Shown one piece after another: positions 27,955-38,899 of a DNA stretch of 64,000 bases. Within the stretch, counting starts at the first letter, position 1; every line of letters begins with the position of its first letter. This DNA comes from Anaerolineales bacterium (lineage in GTDB: Bacteria > Chloroflexota > Anaerolineae > Anaerolineales > UBA11858): contig JAIORG010000102.1 of assembly GCA_021108255.1 (NCBI GenBank), positions 529 to 64,528 on the forward strand, read 5' to 3'. Under the pieces are notes generated by a model. That model was given only the letters and a program-made list of their open reading frames with translations. It had not been told where the DNA came from and did no database searches. A program made the translations under genes and the position numbers.

Positions 27955-27983
27955 TTGACGCTTATCCCTTTATGGCATACAAT
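27955..27983 (+). promoter_or_regulatory. Putative ppx promoter, TTGACG-17 nt-TACAAT
   Basis: -35 at 27955-27960 and -10 at 27978-27983, about 80 nt upstream of the ppx ATG. Confidence 0.55.
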
Positions 27984-28064
27984 CCAGAAGGCTGACATCT
28001 GATTTATCTGGCAGTTATCTAAACCCCGTCCCTTAGAATAAATCTTCACTCCTGGAATGCGCGT

Positions 28065-29612
28065 ATGATTGAAAACCCAACCCAGCGGATTGCGATAATC
28101 GACCTGGGTTCCAATACAAATCGATTGATTATCATGGAAACCCGGTTGGGGTTCTCGTACCGGTTGGTAGACGAAGTCCGGGAAGTCGTCCGACTCAGGA
28201 AAGGGATGACTGAAGCCGGGTTAAGCGATGAAGCTATTGCCCGGGGTTTATCAACCTTGCGCCTTTATAAGGATTTTTGTGAACAAACCAACGTCAGTCA
28301 AATTCTAGCTGTTGCGACCAGCGCAGTCCGAGAAGCTGCAAATGGTCCTGCTTTCCTGGACAGGATTAAAGATGAAATTGGCATTTCTATCCAGCTGCTG
28401 GATGGGGAAAAAGAAGCCTACTATGATACTTTAGGCGCGTTAAACGAAGTTCCCTTGAGGAAAGGTGTTGTTCTGGATATCGGAGGAGGCAGCATTCAAC
28501 TCAGCGATGTGCAAAAAGGGCAGTTTAACAAGGGCGACTCTGTCTCCCTGGGGGCGCTTGCCCTCACAGAACAATTTATTACCCGGGACCCGATTTCCGG
28601 GAAGGAATTTCGGGGCATCGAGAAAGAAATCTCCCGCCAACTTGATACCATTCAATGGCTGCCGGAAAAAACAGGAGAGCCCCTGGTCGGATTGGGTGGA
28701 ACAATCCGCAACCTGGGGATGATTGAAGCAAGCCGACAAAAATATCCCCTCCACACCCAGCATGGTTTTATCCTCAAACGGTCTTCAGTTGAGAGAAGCA
28801 TCCAGCTTTTCCGAGAACTTCCATTAAAAGAACGCCAGAAGATTCCAGGATTAAGCAGCGACCGGGCGGACATTATTCTGCCAGGGGCAGCTGTTGTCCT
28901 GGCAGTAATGGACCGTCTTCAAATTGATAAATTACAATTATCAGTAAATGGCCTCCGGGAAGGTGTATTTCTAGAGCTTTTCTGGTCCCATTTAGATCCC
29001 CCTATCATCCCCAGCGTGCGCAAATTCAGCGTTTTAAATCTTGCCCGTAATTATTATTATGAAGAACAGCATGCCAATCACGTCAGCTTCCTGGCAGGAA
29101 GGCTCTTTGAACAGCTGGCTCCATTACATAATTTTGGCAAAAAGGAACGCGAAATTCTCTATGCAGCGGCTTTGCTGCATGACCTGGGCCGGATTATCGG
29201 CTACAGCAGTCATCATAAACACACCCAAACCTTGCTGGAATATAACGGGTTACCAGGATACACCCCCCGCGAAACTGCCCTCATTGCCCTGCTCTCCCGT
29301 TATCATAGAAAAGGGAAACCCGAAATTTCCGATTATAAACTGCTGCTGAAGAAAAAAGACCTGACCATTCTCACCAAATTAGCAGCCATTCTCAGACTGG
29401 CTGAATGTCTTGAACGAGGTCGAAACTCGAATATTACTGATACCATAGCAACCTGGGATAAAGATCAGCTGCGAATCACCCTGATCGCCAATCAATATCC
29501 AGCTGTTGAACTTTGGCAGGCAAACCGGAATGCGTCCCCATTAATGAAAGAAGCTTTTCAAAAAGAAGTAAAAATAGACAGCTTTTCCCCCCCTCAAAAC
29601 CGGACTGATTGA
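28065..29612 (+). CDS. ppx: Exopolyphosphatase / pppGpp phosphohydrolase (Ppx/GppA) with C-terminal HD domain
   Basis: ASKHA motifs AIIDLGSNTNRLI and LDIGGGSIQL. HD region LLHDLGRIIG. Confidence 0.9.
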   Translation: MIENPTQRIAIIDLGSNTNRLIIMETRLGFSYRLVDEVREVVRLRKGMTEAGLSDEAIARGLSTLRLYKDFCEQTNVSQILAVATSAVREAANGPAFLDRIKDEIGISIQLLDGEKEAYYDTLGALNEVPLRKGVVLDIGGGSIQLSDVQKGQFNKGDSVSLGALALTEQFITRDPISGKEFRGIEKEISRQLDTIQWLPEKTGEPLVGLGGTIRNLGMIEASRQKYPLHTQHGFILKRSSVERSIQLFRELPLKERQKIPGLSSDRADIILPGAAVVLAVMDRLQIDKLQLSVNGLREGVFLELFWSHLDPPIIPSVRKFSVLNLARNYYYEEQHANHVSFLAGRLFEQLAPLHNFGKKEREILYAAALLHDLGRIIGYSSHHKHTQTLLEYNGLPGYTPRETALIALLSRYHRKGKPEISDYKLLLKKKDLTILTKLAAILRLAECLERGRNSNITDTIATWDKDQLRITLIANQYPAVELWQANRNASPLMKEAFQKEVKIDSFSPPQNRTD

Positions 29613-29668
29613 GATTACTCTCAATCTCAGAATCCATTTCACAAATACATTAAATTTCCAGAGAGAGC

Positions 29669-29699
29669 TTAAAGTTGGCCTTTTTACAGGCAACTTTAA
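29669..29699. terminator. Hairpin between convergent ppx and ppk1 (possible bidirectional terminator)
   Basis: TTAAAGTTG(G)CC, loop TTTTTACA, then GGCAACTTTAA. The stem is AU-rich and neither side has a clean U tract. Confidence 0.35.
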
Positions 29700-29732
29700 A
29701 AGAAAGCAGCTAGATAGAAGTTTCTTTAAGTA

Positions 29733-31874
29733 TTACTCCGAGTGATGCCAAATCCCTCGATTTTTGATCATCCATTCCTGGGAATTGAATGGCTCGTCAT
29801 TTTCCCCCCTCTTTACAGGTTCATAATTACCATCTGAGAGCATGAGACGGGCTTTTACGTTATCCTTCAGGTGCATCTTTAATATATCATCCCTGATAGA
29901 GCTTTTAATGACCTCATCTTCAATGGGGAATAAAGTCTCAACTCGACGGTAAAGATTTCTAGGCATCAAATCCGCGCTGCCAAGTAAAATCTCTTCCTTT
30001 CCTCCATTATGGAAGTAATAAATCCTGGCGTGCTCAAGGAATCTCCCTACAATTGAGGTTACAGTTATATTTTCACTAACCCCGGGAATTCCCGGATATA
30101 AACAGCAGATACCACGGGCTTGAATATCAATCTTTACTCCCGCCTGGGAAGCTCGGTACAGCGCTTTAATACAGTGACGATCTGCCAAAGAATTCATCTT
30201 AAATGCTATATAGCCATCTCCCTGTTCCTGATGGATTTTTATTTCCCGATCTATCCGGGATATGATCCCTTGTTGCATCTCACCCGGAGCAACTAACAAC
30301 TTTTTATATTGTTCCTTGCGGGAATATCCAGTTAAGCGGTTAAACAAAGCTGAGACATCTTTCCCGAGGGCAGAATCACAGGTGAAATAACCAAGATCCG
30401 CATAAACACGGGCAGTCACGTCATTGTAATTACCTGTTGCCAGATGGATATATCGCCGGATACCATCTTGTTCATGACGGATTACCACGCTGACTTTTGC
30501 ATGGGTTTTCAGGCCAATCAAACCATAGACAACATGGACACCTGCCCTTTCCAGAGATTTTGCCCAGATTATATTATTTTCCTCATCAAAACGTGCTTTC
30601 AACTCAACCAGGACAGCAACTTGTTTCCCATTCTCCCGGGCATCCAGCAGTGCGGCAACCACCGGAGAATCTGGGCCCACCCGGTATAATGTCATTTTGA
30701 TTGCCAGTACCTCCGGATCACGGGCTGCTTCACGGATAAATCGGATGACCGGGTCAAAACTGTCGTAAGGATGATACATTAAAATATTTTTTCGGCGAAT
30801 AACAGAAAAAATACTTTCTTCAGTTGATAATGAAGGTGGGACAGATGGTTTAAAAGGCGTGTCCTTTAATTCGGGACGATTAATGCCCATTAACTCCATC
30901 GCATCACTTAACCCAATTGGACCATCCACAACAAAGATCTGGTACGACGCTACATCCAGGTTAGTTTGCAGGATTTCCCTCACCTGGTCAGGCATGGAAC
31001 TATCAATTTCCAACCGAATAGCTGACCCAAACTGCCTTTCCCTCACACTTTCTTCAATAGCTGCTAATAAATCCGAAGCTTCATCTTCTTCAATCTCTGG
31101 ATCTGCGTCTCTAGTTACCCGGAACGGGTAAGCAGCTTCAATCTTTAAACCGGGGAAGAGCAAATCAAGGTTTGCCTTCACAACCTCTTCCAGCCAGACA
31201 AAATTGGTTGAATTGCGTTCATCCAGCCCTAATTCCTGGTTTTCATCGGCTTTATCTTCACTGGGGATAGCTATCAATCGTGGATAGATTTTAGGAACCT
31301 TCAAGCGGGCAAATCGCTGACCATGTTTGGGATCTTGAACTACCACGGCGAGGTTCATGGAAAGATTTGAGATGTGCGGGAAGGGATGTCCCGGATCAAA
31401 AGCCAGCGGGGTCAAAGCGGGATAAATTTCCTTCTTAAAATACCTCCGCAGCAGCTTTCTCTGTTTCCGTTTTAGCTGTTCATAATGAAGTATTTTAATT
31501 CCCTGATCCTTTAACTTCGGGACCAGGTCTTTCTGCCAGCACTTATATTGTGTTTCCAATTTTGGAAGCAATTGCTGCCGGATTATTGCTAATTGTTCCG
31601 AGGGAAGCAGGCGATCAGGAGACGCTTTATGAGCAGCAGCCTCCATCTGGCGCCTCAGGCCTGATACCCGGATCATAAAGAATTCATCAAGGTTGCTGGA
31701 GAAAATGGCCAGAAACTTAATTCGTTCAAAAAGCGGATGGTTTTTGTCCAGTGCTTCTTCCAATACCCGGTCATTAAATCTCAACCAGCTCAATTCTCTG
31801 TTTAAATATAAATCCGGATCAGAAAGGTCTTGAGGACTGCTGCCTAATATCTGTTTAATATTATCAATGACCAT
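29733..31874 (-). CDS. ppk1: Polyphosphate kinase 1
   Basis: 713 aa. PLD-like HKD motifs GLKTHAKVSVV and RFLEHARIYYF. N-terminal LSWLRFNDRVLEEA. Confidence 0.95.
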   Translation of the reverse strand: MVIDNIKQILGSSPQDLSDPDLYLNRELSWLRFNDRVLEEALDKNHPLFERIKFLAIFSSNLDEFFMIRVSGLRRQMEAAAHKASPDRLLPSEQLAIIRQQLLPKLETQYKCWQKDLVPKLKDQGIKILHYEQLKRKQRKLLRRYFKKEIYPALTPLAFDPGHPFPHISNLSMNLAVVVQDPKHGQRFARLKVPKIYPRLIAIPSEDKADENQELGLDERNSTNFVWLEEVVKANLDLLFPGLKIEAAYPFRVTRDADPEIEEDEASDLLAAIEESVRERQFGSAIRLEIDSSMPDQVREILQTNLDVASYQIFVVDGPIGLSDAMELMGINRPELKDTPFKPSVPPSLSTEESIFSVIRRKNILMYHPYDSFDPVIRFIREAARDPEVLAIKMTLYRVGPDSPVVAALLDARENGKQVAVLVELKARFDEENNIIWAKSLERAGVHVVYGLIGLKTHAKVSVVIRHEQDGIRRYIHLATGNYNDVTARVYADLGYFTCDSALGKDVSALFNRLTGYSRKEQYKKLLVAPGEMQQGIISRIDREIKIHQEQGDGYIAFKMNSLADRHCIKALYRASQAGVKIDIQARGICCLYPGIPGVSENITVTSIVGRFLEHARIYYFHNGGKEEILLGSADLMPRNLYRRVETLFPIEDEVIKSSIRDDILKMHLKDNVKARLMLSDGNYEPVKRGENDEPFNSQEWMIKNRGIWHHSE

Positions 31875-32381
31875 TGTCTACTCCAAACGAAAGGGAACAA
31901 GGATCTTCAAAGGGTGAAGTCGATAGAATTTTTAAGGAAAATTAATCCCCTGGAGAAAAAATTTTACCACAGTGCCTGCCAACAATTACTATCTAGAAAC
32001 ATATCGCAAAGTATTGGGGATGATTATATAACATTTATCGTGAGAGAAGTATACTTAAATCGCCCAGAGATTCCAATGTTTACCAACCGTGCAGGCCAAC
32101 ATTAAACTAGATCAACATGGAATCCGATAACTCAGAAAACAAAATTCCACCCAAGTTGATAGCAGATTATAATTATCTAAGCGGCACTAATGACACCTGA
32201 CTGAGTGTTCAAAAACTGCTCGTCATGCCCTGAAGCTCCCAAACAAACTACCTTCGGTGAGTAATCTGAAACTTTTTAGACCCGGAGTTAGTACTATATA
32301 TAGAAAAGCTCTCTCTAAATATTCCTGGAGAACCAGCTCCCCTCGCCTAAGAGTTAGCTCTGGAATCAAAGGAAAATCTGT

Positions 32382-33374
32382 ATGAATAAGAAAATCCAGC
32401 CAAGTTCATTCTTTGCAGTAATTCTTCTTGCCTTGCTTTTAACAGGATGCCAGTTGGAGAAAAAGCCGGTAAAAATTGGCGGTTTGTCTCCCGAAAGCCA
32501 GGGAGAATCGGAAAATCTTTCGCAAGAGGTAAAAGATCCAATTTACATAGTGGGAGACATCATTAGCATAAACGACACCATCCTGATTGTCCTGGGGTGG
32601 GATCAACCTCCTGGCGGCGACTTAAATCCACCGGGTGAAGGGAAAAAATATCTTGTAGTAGATGTAATGCTGGCAAACCAGCGTGAAAATTCCTTCAGCA
32701 TCTCACCAGTTTTTCAGATGACTTTAAAGGATTCAACCGGTCAAAAATACAATGTTAATGGGAAGGCGAATATAGCTTCCGGAAGTAATACCCCAAATGG
32801 TGAAATAAATCCCGGGGAAGTTCTCCGCGGCAAGGTAGGTTTTCAAGTACCTGAGGATATGGATAACTTTGTATTTATCTATGAGGCCAATCTAATTGGA
32901 TTGGGGGAAGTGTCGGTGAATCTGGGGCCTACCCCGGTTTCTATGGAACCCCCTGCTGATCTAAATCTGGCTCAACAGCAAATAGTTTATCAAATAGGCG
33001 ACATCATTGAAATCTCGGATTTGGCTATACAGGTTCTCCAGGTATCCTTTCCTGCAGGAAATGAGATCGTCAAACCCAAAGAGGATTACAGGTTTGCGGC
33101 AGTTGACCTCACGATAGAAAACACGGGTAACACTACCCGGGAAATCTCCAGCATTATCCAGATGTACTTAAAAGATTCGACCGGGCAGAAATATACCTTC
33201 CACCTTGGAGCCCAATCCATCATTAACAGCGGATTACCGGATGATGAACTCCAGCCCGGGGAAAAAATCCGGGGGCAAATCGGGTTTCAAGTCCCAAAAG
33301 ATATTCAGGGATTGCAGTTTGTGTTTAATGCAGAAATTTTTGGATTCGGCAAAGTTTTTATTGCCCTGGATTAG
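32382..33374 (+). CDS. Lipoprotein with two tandem DUF4352-like domains
   Basis: Lipobox LTGC. Internal duplication: GDIISINDTILIVL...LKDSTGQKYNV...GFQVPEDMDNFVFIY versus GDIIEISDLAIQVL...LKDSTGQKYTF...GFQVPKDIQGLQFVF. Confidence 0.7.
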   Translation: MNKKIQPSSFFAVILLALLLTGCQLEKKPVKIGGLSPESQGESENLSQEVKDPIYIVGDIISINDTILIVLGWDQPPGGDLNPPGEGKKYLVVDVMLANQRENSFSISPVFQMTLKDSTGQKYNVNGKANIASGSNTPNGEINPGEVLRGKVGFQVPEDMDNFVFIYEANLIGLGEVSVNLGPTPVSMEPPADLNLAQQQIVYQIGDIIEISDLAIQVLQVSFPAGNEIVKPKEDYRFAAVDLTIENTGNTTREISSIIQMYLKDSTGQKYTFHLGAQSIINSGLPDDELQPGEKIRGQIGFQVPKDIQGLQFVFNAEIFGFGKVFIALD

Positions 33375-33398
33375 GACAGGATAGCGAAAATTTATTAC

Positions 33399-35009
33399 TT
33401 AGAAACGCGAATTCCGAAAATGTCTCTGGTGAAGACTGACCTGAATGGCTGCTTCCCCTGAAACGGGACATTTATTCTCACAAATACCACATCCTGTACA
33501 CAAATTCCGGATCACAACTGGACGCTGGATGGTTTTTTCCACACCATCGGATGTCATAACCTGTATTTCTTCCAGAATAATTGCTTTTTCAGGAATAGGA
33601 CACATTTCCTCACAAACAATACAGTGCTCATCTTCAGCCCAGGGAAGGCATCGATTTCGGTCAATATGAGCTTTCCCTATCACTTGCTTCCTTTTTTTCT
33701 CTAGCGATAAAGGCGGAATTGCTTCTACGGGACAAACCTGTCCGCAGGCATTGCAGGAATAATCACAATAACCAATTCTTGGAACCAGAATTGGAGTCCA
33801 GAATCCCTCTACGCCTGCTTCCGTTACAGCCAGCTGAATCGCATTGGTCGGACAGACTGTACTGCACTCACCGCACCGGATACAGGTAGATAACAGCTGG
33901 TCATTGATAACGCCCGGCGGCCTAATAAGTTTTGGAGACTGGGCATCACTAACCAGGTTACTTTCCAGAAGCCCGACACCCAACGCAGCAGTTCCGAGAG
34001 ATATCAATACTTTCCTTCTTTCAATGTCGTATGGCTGCTGGATTACTTTTGCGATTCTCGCCGGATACGTTATCGCTCCTCCCGGGCAATCTGCTGCGCA
34101 AGCCATACACATGGTGCATTCTCCAGGATCACAAAAAACCACTTCATTTGTTTGAATCGCGCCGGTAGGACACTTAGAAAAACAACTTCCACAGAGCGAA
34201 CACGTTTCTGCGATCTCGCATTGAACCAGACTGAATTTGCCAAGGAAGCCCAGCATTCCTCCCAAGGGACAAAGATATCGGCACCAAAAGCGGGGAGCGA
34301 GGGCATTAAGAGCGACAATACTGAGGAAAAAGCCAAAAAAGAGACCCCCGTAGCGGTAAGTTACCGGGTGGGATGGGAAAACTGATGGCCGGATCAAACT
34401 ATCAAAGCCGCTGATAATCGGCTGCAAGAATGGAACTCGATAGAGAGCCATTTCAATTCCAGTCACAATCTGATCCAGAGCTGGCCAGATAGAAATGGTC
34501 AACGTCCGGTAAAACACCGTAATCGGGTCAAAAAACAGCAGGGATAAATTTGAAAATAAAGCAGCAAAGAGAATAATCAGCAGCAGGATATATTTAACCC
34601 CCCGCAGCCCTTCAGGAATTTCCGGTTCTTTCTTTTTCCAGGAACGGAGAGGGAACCAATCTAGCAGGGTGCCGAGAGGACAAAACCAACCGCACCAAAC
34701 TCTTCCAAGAAGCAGGGTCAGGGCAATTGTAATCAATGCTAAAAGAGACCCGGCCAGGATTGTTCGACTGGCCAAACCCTGGGCCAGCATGACCAGCGGA
34801 TCCAGCTTCAGAGGAAGGTTAATTAATTCTTGTTTTAAACTAGCCCCGGCAGCCGGGAATAAATAAAATTCCCGTCGGGACCAGAGGAAAAACACCAGGA
34901 ACAAGATCATAAAAAGTAACTGGCTGTACTTTCTTAATTTTAGCCACTGTTCCGGCGATAATCCTGAACGGGGGGTTTCTGATTTATCAGCCAAGATTGA
35001 TCTCCTCAA
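33399..35009 (-). CDS. NapH/NosR-like integral-membrane polyferredoxin (multiple 4Fe-4S motifs)
   Basis: TM region with two CxxxCP motifs (WCGWFCPLG, WCRYLCPLG). The C-terminal half has CSLCGSCFSKCP, CTMCMACAADCP, CIRCGECSTVCP, CNACGQVCP, CIVCEEMCP and CTGCGICENKCP. The more likely start is TTG 34994, 7 nt after GAGGAG. Either start overlaps the DUF362 stop. Confidence 0.85.
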   Translation of the reverse strand: MRRSILADKSETPRSGLSPEQWLKLRKYSQLLFMILFLVFFLWSRREFYLFPAAGASLKQELINLPLKLDPLVMLAQGLASRTILAGSLLALITIALTLLLGRVWCGWFCPLGTLLDWFPLRSWKKKEPEIPEGLRGVKYILLLIILFAALFSNLSLLFFDPITVFYRTLTISIWPALDQIVTGIEMALYRVPFLQPIISGFDSLIRPSVFPSHPVTYRYGGLFFGFFLSIVALNALAPRFWCRYLCPLGGMLGFLGKFSLVQCEIAETCSLCGSCFSKCPTGAIQTNEVVFCDPGECTMCMACAADCPGGAITYPARIAKVIQQPYDIERRKVLISLGTAALGVGLLESNLVSDAQSPKLIRPPGVINDQLLSTCIRCGECSTVCPTNAIQLAVTEAGVEGFWTPILVPRIGYCDYSCNACGQVCPVEAIPPLSLEKKRKQVIGKAHIDRNRCLPWAEDEHCIVCEEMCPIPEKAIILEEIQVMTSDGVEKTIQRPVVIRNLCTGCGICENKCPVSGEAAIQVSLHQRHFRNSRF

Positions 35010-36045
35010 TCATAAGCTGGTCTAAGTTTTTTACTCCCAAGCCCATTTTTGCGCCTTTTTTTATGTAGGCTAAATCATCAGGTTGCAATCCAAACAGTGT
35101 TGCGGCATAGCTGTCCGCAGCAACAATATCCGGCGAGGCAATAATTGTATCCGCTTTTTTTACATCTGATAAATTTCCCCCGGAGGGACCATGATCCATC
35201 AACATACGCACAGCATCCACTATCACCAGGGAGGACCTGACCCGGCTGTTTAAATCTGCCAGCCTCTGGCCCAGATTGGCATGCATCATGCGCCGTTCAA
35301 GGATTACCCCCATCATGTTTTTCATCGCCAGAGTCAACCTTGCCAATCCATGGTGTTTGGCTATGGGAACATTAATCAAAACATCCGTTTTAAGCACATC
35401 ATCATAAATTTTGCAGGATTTTAGATCCTGGCCCTGAGGAATTGCGGTATCAATATATTTGAGATTATTCATCACCACCATTTTTCCCCCAGCCTTTTCA
35501 ACCTCAGCCTGAATGCCGCTGACAACATAAGCTTGTTCTGCAAGTCCTCCAAATGGAAAATCAAGCACCCTGACCCGTTTGGCACCTGCTTCCAATGCCA
35601 ATTTAACGACCGCTGCGACCACCCAGGGATTGGTAGTCGCGGCATATTCATAACTGTGATAACCGACACAGATATTGGGTTTTACAATCACTTCATCCCC
35701 GGATTTCACAAAGCGCTTCATGCCCCCCAGCGCCTTGACCGCTTTCCTTACCATGACTTCCGGATCTCCATTCCTGGCGACAGTTAAATCGGGGTAAGCC
35801 ATCGTTGGAGATGGCGCAGGTGTATCCTCAGGCGTGCTCGGCAGCTGATCAGTTTCTGTGGGTGACATGATCGTGGAGGTGGGATCAGTCAATAAAGTTG
35901 TGGAGGGTATTTTATCCGCGGAAAGGGATCTTGACAGCAGCTTATCTTGATTCAAACAGCCGGTAAGATATAATCCGCCCAGAGATCCCAGGCTGGCAGC
36001 GAGTATTCGTAAAAAGTGTCGACGGGAGAGCTCATTCATAGTCAC
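34987..36045 (-). CDS. Tat-exported DUF362-family lipoprotein
   Basis: Twin-arginine motif SRRHFLR and lipobox LTGC, followed by a Ser/Thr/Pro linker. DUF362-type core IVKPNICVGY, PIAKHHGLARLTLAMKNMMG and VDAVRMLMDHGPSGG. Confidence 0.75.
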   Translation of the reverse strand: MTMNELSRRHFLRILAASLGSLGGLYLTGCLNQDKLLSRSLSADKIPSTTLLTDPTSTIMSPTETDQLPSTPEDTPAPSPTMAYPDLTVARNGDPEVMVRKAVKALGGMKRFVKSGDEVIVKPNICVGYHSYEYAATTNPWVVAAVVKLALEAGAKRVRVLDFPFGGLAEQAYVVSGIQAEVEKAGGKMVVMNNLKYIDTAIPQGQDLKSCKIYDDVLKTDVLINVPIAKHHGLARLTLAMKNMMGVILERRMMHANLGQRLADLNSRVRSSLVIVDAVRMLMDHGPSGGNLSDVKKADTIIASPDIVAADSYAATLFGLQPDDLAYIKKGAKMGLGVKNLDQLMIEEINLG

Positions 36046-36195
36046 TTTCCTTTACTAATAAAAATCAAACCCTCAAAACTGATAATTTATTTTCGGATGG
36101 ATGACTTAATTGAGTACCCTAGATTGTACCCTCAATCGAACCGGTTAATAATAAAAAAAATCAAAAGATAAAACACAGCTCTCCTTGAAAACGAA

Positions 36196-36225
36196 GATCC
36201 CGGGCAAAATGCCTATCCCGGGATC
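36196..36225 (-). terminator. Intrinsic terminator downstream of ahcY
   Basis: GATCCCGGG-12 nt loop-CCCGGGATC. On the minus strand it is followed by UUCGUUUUC. Confidence 0.6.
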
Positions 36226-36277
36226 AAGTGCTCTTATCCAATTTAGAATCTATTGGTTACGCATTCAAAAACCTGTT

Positions 36278-37558
<1,281 letters not shown>

Positions 37559-37616
37559 TTATTTCCCAAGCTGCTGAAGCTTCCTATAATTCCGGCAGCT
37601 CGTTTCATACCAGTAG

Positions 37617-38579
37617 TTAACTTTCCAATAAAATATCCAGTTTACCCTGATCGTCAAAGTGTTCTCTAAAACGAGTGATAAAAGCCTCTTTTGTGAAGTA
37701 ATGGGATTGCGGACCATCAGTTTCCAGGCAGTAGGAAGCTGCCAGTGCACCCATTTCACCGCACAACTTTAAATCCAATCCGAAGCTGTAACCGGTCAGG
37801 AAACCGCCCCGGTATGCATCGCCAATACCAGTTGGATCAACAATCTTCTCAGGCGTCACAGATTGAATAATAAATTCTTCATCTTTAGTTATTACAATCG
37901 ATCCCTTGTCTCCCTTCGTGACCACCATAATCTCCAGGTGGTCTTTGATTTCATCCCCTGTCATACCAGTATGTTTTTCGATCAGACTGAATTCATACTC
38001 ATTTACAAATAGAGCGTAGGCGCCTTCAACCCCCTGTCGAAGCTCTTCTCCAGACAGACGTACTGTCTGCTGGCTGGGGTCATATAGATAGGGCAGGTTC
38101 AGCGCCTGGGCTTCTTCAACGTATTGGATCATTGCCTGCGGATCTGTAGGAGATATCACCACCAAATCCAGGGGCTCCCCCTCCCAAGAACTTAGTTTTA
38201 CTTCGCCAGCATGACTCATCGCTCCAGGATAAAAACTAGCAATCTGGCAGTTGTCATAGTCTGTAGTAGCAAAAAATGAGGCAGTAAAATCATCCTCAAT
38301 TACCTTCACAGCCGTGGTATCCACTCCGTTCTGCTCTAACCAGGCGCGGTATTCACCAAAATCCTGCCCAACTGTCCCAAACAAAGTGGGCGTCCCTCCC
38401 AGCAAAGCCATAGTGTAACCAATGTTGGGACCAATGCCACCTCTCCGTTTGATCATTTTATCCACCAGGAAAGACAAGCTGATGGATTCCAGTTTATCAG
38501 CGATAAAATGCTCCCCGAAATGTCCGGGGAAGGTCATCAAATAATCAAATGCAATCGATCCAGTGAGTGCAATTCTCAT
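37617..38579 (-). CDS. PfkB-family carbohydrate/nucleoside kinase (adenosine-kinase-like)
   Basis: C-terminal DPTGIGDAYRGGF (DxxGxGD) motif. Co-oriented 67 nt upstream of ahcY. Start at ATG 38579 (MRIALTG), preceded by AAAGGTG. Confidence 0.8.
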   Translation of the reverse strand: MRIALTGSIAFDYLMTFPGHFGEHFIADKLESISLSFLVDKMIKRRGGIGPNIGYTMALLGGTPTLFGTVGQDFGEYRAWLEQNGVDTTAVKVIEDDFTASFFATTDYDNCQIASFYPGAMSHAGEVKLSSWEGEPLDLVVISPTDPQAMIQYVEEAQALNLPYLYDPSQQTVRLSGEELRQGVEGAYALFVNEYEFSLIEKHTGMTGDEIKDHLEIMVVTKGDKGSIVITKDEEFIIQSVTPEKIVDPTGIGDAYRGGFLTGYSFGLDLKLCGEMGALAASYCLETDGPQSHYFTKEAFITRFREHFDDQGKLDILLES

Positions 38580-38700
38580 AAACACCTTTTAGGTCAACTT
38601 TTTAATGGCGCTCGATCAAAATATTTCCAGATTACCAGTTCAAAATCCAGCTATATCTTACCACTGAACCCCCCAATTCAAAAGCTCTTCAAGTTTTCCT

Positions 38701-38716
38701 CATTGGATTTCCAATG
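38701..38716. repeat. Perfect 16-bp palindrome CATTGGATTTCCAATG in the pfkB/murJ divergent region
   Basis: Read directly. 6-bp arms with a 4-nt centre. Confidence 0.5.
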
Positions 38717-38884
38717 TCTTGGGAGTCCAGGTAGTTTTTGGAAATTACTTTTAGGAACTGCAATAAGTGATTAGTAAAATTTACCATTCCAACCCTTCAA
38801 CAATGCTCTCAGGAATCGGGTACCAGGGATGAATATCGGCACCTGTCACTCGACTGCCTGCGCCACAAAAATCCTCCACAAGTA

Positions 38885-38893
38885 TGCTATACT
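38885..38893 (+). promoter_or_regulatory. Extended -10 TGcTATACT placed 6 nt before the murJ ATG (candidate leaderless promoter)
   Basis: TGCTATACT-ccctgc-ATG(38900). No SD is present. Confidence 0.4.
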
Positions 38894-38899
38894 CCCTGC

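Noticed and set aside
31914-32105. 63-aa ORF in the ppk1 / DUF4352 spacer.
   Set aside because: It has a non-ATG start, no SD, AT-rich non-coding composition and no family resemblance.
38586-38899. SAH riboswitch upstream of pfkB-ahcY.
   Set aside because: I looked for the conserved SAH-riboswitch segments (GAGGAGCGCUGCGAC, CAGGCUCGG, GGCGCUCAC type) and found none. Only a covariance-model scan could settle this.
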